Program-made: the position numbers and the translations under genes
Notes under the pieces: generated by a model
The model's input: the letters and a program-made list of their open reading frames with translations, nothing else
The model's database searches: none
Told to the model about the DNA's origin: nothing
DNA from: Lytechinus variegatus
Lineage: Eukaryota
DNA: 64,000 nucleotides
Direction: 5' to 3'
Assembly: GCF_018143015.1 (NCBI RefSeq)
Contig: NC_054741.1
Coordinates: 72,164,687-72,228,686 of the forward strand
Shown: piece by piece, positions 24,553 to 34,040 of the stretch
Numbering within the stretch: the first letter of the stretch is position 1
How the letters are laid out: each line of letters opens with the position of its first letter

Positions 24553-24720
24553 AAAGGCATTATCGTGATATTGGGAAACACCGTTCACTTTATACAGCAG
24601 CGCTTTATTCAGTCACACGCACGGTTCCCCACTTCCACCTCCATTCACTTTGTATACAAGTGCGCGTACACAAATCTACGAGTGGTTCCCAAAACCACTT
24701 GTTCACTTCACTGCTACCAC
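24553..24720. mobile_element. About 165-bp MITE/SINE-like repeat, copy 1
   Basis: Near-identical to 24918-25080. Its termini are imperfect inverted repeats (ggcaatatcgtgatattgggaa at the start, ttcccaaaaccacgatttggcc at the end). Confidence 0.7.
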
Positions 24721-24917
24721 CCTGCCTGTGGGGAATCTACAGGTAGGACTATGGTATGCCAATGTTGTACAGAGCACACACTTTAAAAAATCATTAAAAT
24801 ATCACTTTAGTGACCAAAATTACTAATTTCCATACAGTTGCAATTTATTTTTCATTAGTAATTTGGGAATAATTTTTGTATTCACTAGAGCGCTCAAAAA
24901 CTTGAATTTGGGGCATA

Positions 24918-25080
24918 TTTTGGCAATATCGTGATATTGGGAACCACCGTTCACTTCATACAGCAGCGCTTTATTCAGTCACACACACGGTTCCCTATTT
25001 CCACCTCCATTCACTTTGTACACAAGTGCGTGTACACAAATCTACGAGAGGTTCCCAAAACCACGATTTGGCCCATATTT
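24918..25080. mobile_element. About 165-bp MITE/SINE-like repeat, copy 2; a solo terminal fragment lies at 25355-25385
   Basis: About 90 percent identical to 24553-24720. The motif cccaaaaccacgatttggcc recurs at 25360. Confidence 0.7.
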
Positions 25081-25739
25081 TTTGGTACGCCCTCTATTGG
25101 TGGAAAGTAATATAGCAAGAAAATTTTCATTTTTTTATCTCTATTTTTAATTAAGAAAAATATAATTTAAAGAATCAAATTTAAATAAGAGTCAAGTTGT
25201 ATGAATAACAGGTGTAATGGAGACTGTCAGTGTAAAAAGAATCAAGCATTTGCCCCAAAGAAAAAGAGAAAATAAGCCAAACATTGCCACCCTTATTTTG
25301 CCACACATGAAAATATAAGTGAAAACAAGGTTATATCATAACCTTGTTCATTGAATGAGTGCCCAAAACCACGATTTGGCCTGGTTAAACTTACTCAAAC
25401 TGGTTCCAGTGCCATGTCAATGGAAAATAAAAAGAATTAGGCCTAACTTGTTTTGAAAGAAAAATGTTTGAAACTCTTTAGTTTAGACGTTAGTCTTAAT
25501 GAAAGAAATATATTTCTTTTCCTGTCTAACTTCTTGCCTAACCCTAACTTCTAAGATAATTTCGGCTCAATACATTTTTTTTGACAGGACTGCTTGGATT
25601 TATTTGGATGACTGTACTAATTTAGACATTTTGCCTTTGGCTTACGATTATCTGTGGTGACTGTGGATCGACATTACGTCATTAGCAGTACAAAGGTATA
25701 TAGATTATAGGCCTATGCCATTATTTTAAAGTCACTCAC

Positions 25740-25804
25740 CTAATAAGCTGCGCGTTTGCTGCAACTGCCAGCAGCAGCAGTGTTGTTGCGAAAAACGTCT
25801 TCAT
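25740..25804 (-). CDS. ctsd: Cathepsin D-like exon 1: start codon and signal peptide (MKTFFATTLLLLAVAANAQLI)
   Basis: ATG lies on the minus strand at 25804-25802. The hydrophobic signal peptide ends in AxA, and donor |gtgagt follows at 25739. The 65 nt leave phase 2, and joining to exon 2 gives ..QLIRVPLKK. Confidence 0.8.
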
Positions 25805-25946
25805 TCTCCCTGATCCCTCGTCCTTGCTGTAAGTGTAACTTGTTTTGGATGTGAAATTTCAGATCAAAACCCCTCTAGAATACAGAACTGCCTTCACATT
25901 CCTTTTTCAGGGGGAAGAGTCCGGTTGGCGACTTGACTTTTCTCGG

Positions 25947-25954
25947 ATTTAAAT
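25947..25954 (-). promoter_or_regulatory. TATA-like box (ATTTAAAT) about 143 bp upstream of the cathepsin D-like ATG
   Basis: The palindromic atttaaat motif is the only TATA-like element in the 300 bp upstream of exon 1. Confidence 0.35.
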
Positions 25955-26017
25955 GCAAATAAGAAGCAGTTACATGGGAGATCGGAGAGAAGGTACAGGT
26001 CGGGTCGAGTCACGGGA

Positions 26018-26134
26018 CATCATGTGATTCATCAGTGCTTTGTATGCATTGTACGCGATCTCTATTGATTATTTCTCTCAACAGAAATCGCGGAAGACAT
26101 TTAAATCACATGACCGCGTGAACTGTCACGTGAT
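26018..26134 (-). promoter_or_regulatory. Cluster of three E-box/CLEAR-like motifs (tcatgtga 26020-26027; tcacatga 26106-26113; gtcacgtgat 26125-26134)
   Basis: GTCACGTGAT matches the CLEAR consensus GTCACGTGA(C/T) bound by MiT/TFE factors (TFEB). TCATGTGA matches the M-box. All three lie 215-330 bp upstream of the ATG of a lysosomal protease gene. Confidence 0.45.
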
Positions 26135-28599
26135 TCTTTTGTTGCAGATTGAGATTGGTTTGGTATAAATCAGAGGTGGGTTGAATTGAATTGAATAAGT
26201 TTATTGTCCATAAAAGAAATTCTTCTTTCACTGGTTTATACACATGTAGAAACAACGTTTATACACCGAACAAACAAAAAATGATGAAAACATGAATTCC
26301 AACTCAGCCATGCAGGTAACTATGATACACTAAAAAAATTGCAATACACAAGTATTTAAAATTTAAAGTCAAGGTTAAAGTCGGGTTTAGGAATAAATTC
26401 GTATTCTAGAATAATCATGTTTAGTTATACAAGTACTGCAGTTGTCGACAAGAAGTAATGGATCAAGCTGATGCAAGTGCAATTGCAATAGAGAGTAAAT
26501 GAAGCTCAAGAGAGGTGAGTCCCGATTATAGGAAAATCTCTAAGTGATATTAGTGAAAAGTCAAGGTTAGGCCTATGGGCCTATCTACCATGATTAATGA
26601 CGATCAATCAAAATAGCAGGGCATTAATTATTATGTACGGGCGAGACACAGACCTTCGGACTTGAGCTTTAAAGTGATGAATAGCATTGGGGACAAATGA
26701 TTGTATCAAACGAGCATGGAGAATTTTCACCAACAAGCGGAATAACTTTGTTTTAAAAGGTGAAATAATTAGTGGTTTAGTTCAGTGGGTAGGAAGTGTC
26801 TCGATTTGCTAAACCCGATGCCAGCCTGCTTGTGTCGAGCAACGATTTTATTAATATCGACATGATCAATGTATGGTTCCAAGATAGTTTTTCCTTATGA
26901 TAAGTACCCCTCACCAGAAGAAATCTTGTTAGGCCAAGGAGATATTAGGCCCTCTGAATGCCCTGAGGTAAAGCCCCATGGAACTTTGCAGCTAATACAA
27001 CTATAATTTGTGTTAGCTTATATCCAATTCGCACTGAGTATTCAAAATTTGTGTCAAGTTTTGGATCGTGAAAAAAACTTGGACATAAAAAAATCAGAAA
27101 TAACATTTACATTTAGCTAAAAATGTATTTTAAAAAGTATAAAAAAACAGAGTAAAAACAAGAAAACTCTTTATTAAATTGTATTTTCGGCTTTCGAACA
27201 AATGATCAAGAAGTTGTGTGTGTGTGATTTCGTTCAACTCTCCTTTTTCCTCTATTTAATTAGTTTTCAAAACAGAAAAGAATGAATGATTACACTGTAT
27301 TTTGATTAAACGTCATTATGGTTATATTCATACAAATGTCCAAATGTAATGTCCTTTCTTGTTTGGGGGAAGAACTGCACATATACATCCATCATGTATA
27401 TGACATCTCCCCTGCCGTAATATGAATTTACATAAACAATAACCAATATGTGTTGGTGAATAGGCATTCGACCAAAATATATTGGAACGATAAAATAATG
27501 ATAGAGCAAAATTTTAGACGGGAAAATTGTCGGAATGGGGAAAATGCATGCAGCTATCCAATGTCATATGGTCAATTCAACCTGTTCGCATTGACATCTT
27601 AATTGTTTAGCCATGAACGGCAACTCACACATTCGCTTCTTGATAATTGAATTCAGGACTACACGTAAAATTTTCGTCCAATAGGAAATGACCGGACGTT
27701 ATTTCATTTTCTGTGCAGTTTAAAAGGGCGTCACGATGAATCTTTCTCTGTCATGGCCGTATATATTTGACATAAAAGCGTTTATCATTCAGGTTTTCCA
27801 GTTTGGTGATAAGCCGAGTACTTGAACCAAGGCTGGCCTTCACGTCGACTAATTATCAAAATGCTGGTACGAAGTGATCGATTTAACATCGCTCTCATCT
27901 GACGTTTGATTGATTATCAGTCATTTCATTCGATTGTTTTCATGTTTAACATGTTTTTCAGTGTCGTATCCATCGTGTGTTTGGTGTTTTTCGCGGGAAA
28001 CGTTCATTTCACTGAAACATTGTCTATAAATGAAGAACCAAGAGGTGAGAAGACGTCTATGTATCTTTACTTTTTATTTATCTAATCATAGTTGTTCTTG
28101 ATTAAGGTAATTTGGAATCGTGCATCAGAAGAATAAAATCAAAACACATTCAACAGCAGCTTATCTCATATCAGATGCAAGTCCAAACTTTAAATCCAAT
28201 ATGGCCATCATCCAATTACTAAGATAAAAAACTGACATATCGTGTATTATGTCATATTACTTCATACTATGTTTTAAACATATGTATCATATTATATTAC
28301 ATGGAAATCAACTTTATGAAACATAATTTTCTTAGGGGCTATATGTTCATCACTCCTTGGCTCGTTTTTGTCTGTTTAATGAAATAAATAATCCTGTTAA
28401 AAGGGATTAAACGGTACTAAAAACGTTTTAAATCAATATAAACAAAAACTATTTCCTCGCACTTCGAGTTTTTATAATTTTATGTAGTGACATATGCTTC
28501 GATCTTTTTCATGACTACTTAAAATGATTGCCCTTGAATATAGAACATTTCCAGTCCGTGCTGTCATTCGCATTAGTGGATTGGTGACTGTGTCTGCTT

Positions 28600-28835
28600 T
28601 TCATCAATTCCTTGAAACAGTCCTTAAAATGTCCCCTATTATGGCCTGAATATAAAATATTTTCAGCTCGCGCTTCACGCTCGCATCATTTGGTAAGTGA
28701 AATACGTATGGTAATAATGAATTCCAATAAACAAGTTTTATAATGCCTCTCTTCAGGTCTGAATTTCGAAAATTTTCAGCTCGCACTTCGCGCTCGCAAT
28801 ATTTGATTAGTGAGATACGTTTCATGTTCATCATT
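28600..28835. repeat. Three tandemly arranged copies of a short dispersed repeat with core ttcagctcgcgcttcgcgctcgca
   Basis: The repeat aaaatgtcccct...aatattttcagctcgcgcttcacgctcgcatcatttgg recurs at 28755-28830 and 28895-28950. The same family occurs at 32400-33860 and 48700-49010. Confidence 0.65.
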
Positions 28836-29700
28836 AATAAAACTACATAAATTGCTTTATGTGCTTAAGCGGAATTTAAAAAATCAGCATGCGCTTGCTC
28901 TTCATGAATTCTTTTAAAAATATTCCTTAAAATGACCATTAATGACCCAAGGTATATACTAATGATGGTAATCATCAAAATATATTGCATATAACGTGTA
29001 AGAATGTAAATGCATGTGAATATGTAACGTATTTGTTTTTGTTTTTTGTATGTGTATTTGATAATATGGCTCACATGAAGAATTTGTACGTTATAGCCAT
29101 TTTTCTTTCATACATATGCGGATACCTGAAGAAGACTCAAATGCCGAAAGCTTATAAAAATTTGAAGAAACCCAGGCCAGTCTGTCATGCCTCCAGATTT
29201 CTTGCTTTATTAGCATCCTTTCATTATGCGTCACAAAAGCACCCACGCAATGTTCAGGTCTTTCCTCTTCACTTTTGTGTAACATAATATATTATGAAAA
29301 TAGGGTAAGAGAATAATGGAAGGGGTAGCTTAAATAAAAGTTCATCAGAGCTATTATCCCGTCGAAAGCATTTGTGAGGTAGAAAAATGTCTCATCTAGA
29401 AGGATAGCTCAGGGGAACTTTGATTAAAGCCCACGACTACCCGTATTCTATAATAATTACTGCATTTGTTTCATAACATATTTGAATAAAAAGAGTTTAC
29501 AAAGATGTTGTACATGTACAAATTCCAACATTTTTTTAACGCAAAGAGGGGGGGGGGGGTCATAAATTATCACTGCAGGCATTTTCAGATGATGAAGAAA
29601 ACATCTGGTTTTAAGGACGTTTCACTGTCAAAGTAAAATCCATGTCATTTTCACCAAATTTTACACACAGTTACTTTAGCACCTAAATATTCCAAATATA

Positions 29701-30684
29701 CAGTGCGTATCAAAAAAGTTTACACTTAGAAAATATCCTGTAAAATTATATATTTGTAATATCCTGACGATTTTTCGACATTTTAGCATTGGTACAGATC
29801 CATTTAAGCAAATGACGATATAACTGTCGAAAAATATTTCCGCTTGAGCGAGCACCACTTACTTTTGAAAAGTTGGTGAAAAATGATTTGCGCAGAAATT
29901 TGAAATAGTTATGCGAATAAAAGTAGACCTTAATCATGAAGAACACGTGGAAATTAGTTAGTAAAATTGATTTGAAGATATCTTTACCTTTTTAAACTTA
30001 TTTCCTTGCCCAAACACTTCGAAGAGTGCATTGCGCCCCACCCCACTCCCCCACACACCGAGTCCATCGTGACGATATTTGCTTTACACTGAGCTGTGAT
30101 TTACATGAAATGGCTTAGGCTTGATTTTCATTTTGTTAATCATTGCCAAGCTTGGGAAAAGTGTGGAGAAACAAGTATTAAATGAAAAATCAAATGTAAA
30201 CCAACTTTAAATGATAAAAACTTAGTGAAAAATGCTGGAGATGTCTGATATAAACTTTTGTTCAGATTCAGTTATGTCCTCAGATCCAGCTGGCACAAAA
30301 AGGGTAAAGGTTGTGCTTACTAAGTGTTGAAATTTCAAATTTGGGCGGCAAAATTGTTACAAAATGCTTGAATGTATCCGTTTTATGTCAATTGGCTAAA
30401 AGTGCTAGGGAAATTTATGAGAAATGCTTCGCAGGGTAAGTTTGATTTCGCCCTTTCCCCTTGACACAGCGTGAAAACAAGCATTTCTGCGCAAACAGAT
30501 TTCTGCCAGCTTTACAAAAATGGACAGTGCTCACTCAAGTGTAACATTCTGTCAAAATTTTTACTGTCATTGGATAGATGAGACCCAAACCCATAATTAT
30601 ATGTGAAAAAATTACCCACATGTTGTATATTTGTTAATTCCCATGGCTTTTTCAAAGTGTAAACTTTTTTTTGATACGCACTGT
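29701..30684 (+). mobile_element. Non-autonomous Tc1/mariner-like DNA transposon, copy 1 (about 984 bp), with TA target-site duplication
   Basis: About 28-bp terminal inverted repeat: CAGTGCGTATCAAAAAAGTTTACACTT at the 5' end and AAGTGTAAACTTTTTTTTGATACGCACTG at the 3' end. It is flanked by TA on both sides. It has no long ORF and is about 90 percent identical over its full length to 43513-44501. Confidence 0.85.
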
Positions 30685-32189
30685 AGAATAAAAAACTACA
30701 TGGGTTCATGTGTTTGATTTTTTGCTGTTGAGCTTTGAACTTTACCCATTTGAAAGGTCTCGAGGAATAGCAATGAAAATAATTTTGCAGTTTTAGACCC
30801 CACGAGGTCGCAACGTAGAGGTTAAAACTGTATTACTCAGTCCAAATCTATCTAAATTTCACAAAATTTTACACTAGAGTTCAGGATTATATACTAAGAT
30901 AAAGAATCCACTCGTATTGCCATTTGTTTGCTCTTTCAAGAGTAGCAGTACCTTCAAATTGGAAAATGAGGTGTGCCAGACCATAAACACGTCTGAAAAA
31001 TTTGAAAACAAATTTAAGAAGTGCAATAAACACTGCGCCTTGTCCAAACCCATGTCATTTTCACCAAAGTTTGCTTGGTTATATAGAAAGGTATACCAAT
31101 GATGTTTGAATATTAAAAATTAGGGGTTTGTGTACTCGTTTTCAAACTATCAGCAAATTTCATGGAGCAAATGTACTTTGAAAACACACACACACACGCA
31201 AAACGCGTCAAAAGGCTTATCTACACAAAGAAAATTTCTATAGGCCTACCAATATCCCAGCGAATAAAAATCGAGGTCATAGCATCTCATATCCCAACAC
31301 TGCAGAGTGAAGTATTCTGAAGAGGTAGATGCGTTTAAAAAGTTGGTACATAGATTATTTACCGCTTATGGCTTCGTAAAATAACGCATCAAGACAATTT
31401 GCTAACCTGCCGCGCATACATTCGTAATTCCGAAGCTTCGTAATTCCGAAGCTTCGGTTATTCCGAAGGTTCGTATTTCCGAAGGTTCGTAAATCCGAAG
31501 GTTCGTAATTCCGAAGGTTCGTCAATCCGAAAACGAAATAAGGTTCGTAATTCCGAAGGTTCGTTAATCCGAAAACGAAATAAGGTTCGTTAATCCGAAA
31601 ACGAAATAAGGTTCGTAATTCCGAAGGTTCGTTAATCCGAAAACGAAATAAGGTTCGTTAATCCGAAAATTAAATAAGGTTCGTATTTCCGAAAATGAAA
31701 ATTATTCATTTTGGTAACAAAAATGATGTTGTCATTACAAGATTACACGATATTATGCAATGATAGTAATAACGATCGATGATACATGTGTGTGTTGTGG
31801 CCAAAAGCATGTATTTCATTAAGAATATAGATCAAGCATAGGCTAATTTCGATTTTATCTGAGCAATTGCTGCCTAAGCAAAATGGTTTAAAGATGCAGG
31901 GGGTCAAGTGTGTTGGTCGCGTGCGAGTAACCTCTAGATAATAGGATTTGTATTGGAGGGGATGTCATTTTTAATAACAGCTTCTGCTGGTAATAAAATA
32001 AAAAATAATACTAATAATGATCCTTGTGAGATGTTGAAAGCGCGAATTGCAAGCTCAAACTATAGACATTTCATGTAACAAGACGTGAAGTGAGCATTCG
32101 GAGCATTTTTTGTAATCGTGAGAAAGATGTGTATCTTTCTAAAGATGCGAGGGCAAGCTGTAATATATTTATATACTGACCTGGGGCCC

Positions 32190-32345
32190 GTTGCATAAAA
32201 CTTTTTACCTGAGAAAACTCAGGTTGTTTTTACAGGAGTTTTTGCCCTGTGCTAAAGTCATGCAGTGGCGGAAATCAGACTAACCTTAGTTTTCAGTTTT
32301 TACCAGAGTTTTCTCAGGTAAAAAGTTTTATGCAACAGGCTTCAG
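32190..32345. mobile_element. Palindromic MITE (gcccgttgcataaaactttttacctgagaaaactc ... gagttttctcaggtaaaaagttttatgcaacaggc) inside the foldback element
   Basis: Perfect terminal inverted repeats of about 35 bp. A second copy of the family lies at 49862-50030. Confidence 0.85.
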
Positions 32346-32629
32346 AAAGTAATCTTTTAAGGACTGCATTTAGTGACTCATGAATAGAATATATATCTCA
32401 CGAACTAAATAATGAGAGCGCGAACCGGAAGCTTAAAATTTGTGATATTCCAACCTGAAAACTGGACATTCTAAGCATTCTTGTAAAAATGATAATAATA
32501 ATGGCTGGGAGAACAGTTTTCAGAACTGAAGTGGCTTCCCTGGGTAAATGGTATCTATATCAATATTATCATTATTATCAGTCTAGGAATACATGAAATT
32601 TCCAAAAGTTTGAGCACGTGATTCGCTCG

Positions 32630-34040
32630 CAACATCTCACAAGGATGCCCTTTTAACAGTAATTGCTCAAAAAGGCGAATTTTACATCTTCAGATTTGAT
32701 TTTTTTCCCCCAAACCGCTTGCTCGCTATGCTCGCAGAAATGAAACGTAAATATATAACTTTAGTGATCACTTAAAAAAATTTGCTCAATTTAATTACTA
32801 CAAAACACACAACCTGTTTACACAGGTGATAATCTCATGGTGAAAATATCCGTTTGCACCAAATTGCCCCTATTGGCCCCTTTTTTGCTTTGCCCCCCCC
32901 CAAAAAAAAAATAGGAAAATACGTTCCGCCGCCATTGGTTGAAACACGCATCGTCTTCATAGCTAACTGCAAAAAGTTCTTAAAATGTCCCCTTTAGATT
33001 AGGTCTGAGGTTATATATTTTAAATTTCTGTTCGCGCTTCTTGCTCGCAGTTATTATCTAAATTTAGTTACATAGGCATCTCGTTTTAAAGATCACAAAC
33101 ATATTGCCCATCATATTAAAAAAATATATAGCTCGCATTATTTAAAAAGGGCTTATCATGTTATTACATATTTACTTTACTTTATAAGTATAAAGCTAAT
33201 TATTGACTGTTAGGACTACCCTTTGAAAGAAACAAACAAAAATCAACTTTAAGCTGCCGATCGAGGAAAATATGGTTGAAAAAAAATTGCCCCCCCCCTT
33301 ATTTGACGAAAGCTGGATCCGCCGGGAGGGAGGCAGGGGGCACTTGCACCCCAAAAATGAAATAAAAAACAGGGAAATTAATATTTTCCAAAATGGGAAA
33401 GTTCCTTTTTCAAAAATAAATATGCCGTTTTTCATGTTTTTTTCGAAATGAAATACTCTTTTTAAAGTATACAAGTTAAGTTAAGTTTTCAGGCTGGAAT
33501 ATTGCAAATTTTCAGCTTGCGCTTCGCATTTTCATTCGATTGGTGAAATTGCACCCTAAAGAGGTCACTAAATGCTTTCTTTAACAGGTTCCTTTTCTGG
33601 TCAGTATGTTTAAGCTCGCGTTTTGCGCTCGTGTTAATTCTTTAGTTAGATGCACATCTTTTTAATGACAGCAGAAATCTGCTCGGATTTTTAAAAACTT
33701 ATTTTAATTTTTTATTGAAATACCCTAAAGTTTAAGCTTGTGATTCACGCTCGCAACACCTCGCAATATTGCCATTTTAAGAATAATTGACCCCCAAAAC
33801 GTTTTACAACTTCACCTTTGAATTTGTTTTACCAAGCCGCTCGCTCATTATACTCTCTCCCGAAAAATAAAGCCTAAATATACATTTTGCCATAATAAGA
33901 AGTCACTTCAACATAGTTTTTCTCTACTTAATCGATATCAAACACACAATGACTTCAAGCAGATGATAATCTTAAGGTAAAAATATCACCAAAGTGCCCA
34001 TTTTGACGTATGAGTTTCATTTTTTGGCTTTACCTCCCAA
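32630..34040. repeat. Internal direct duplication (about 32630-32930 versus about 33750-34040) plus multiple copies of the gctcgc..cgctcgc repeat inside the foldback core
   Basis: Shared strings include ctcgcaa..tt..gcc..tttaa, ccgcttgctcgctatgctc versus ccgctcgctcattatactc, and caaaacacacaacctgtttacacaggtgataatctcatggtgaaaatatcc versus caaacacacaatgacttcaagcagatgataatcttaaggtaaaaatatcacc. Confidence 0.6.
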
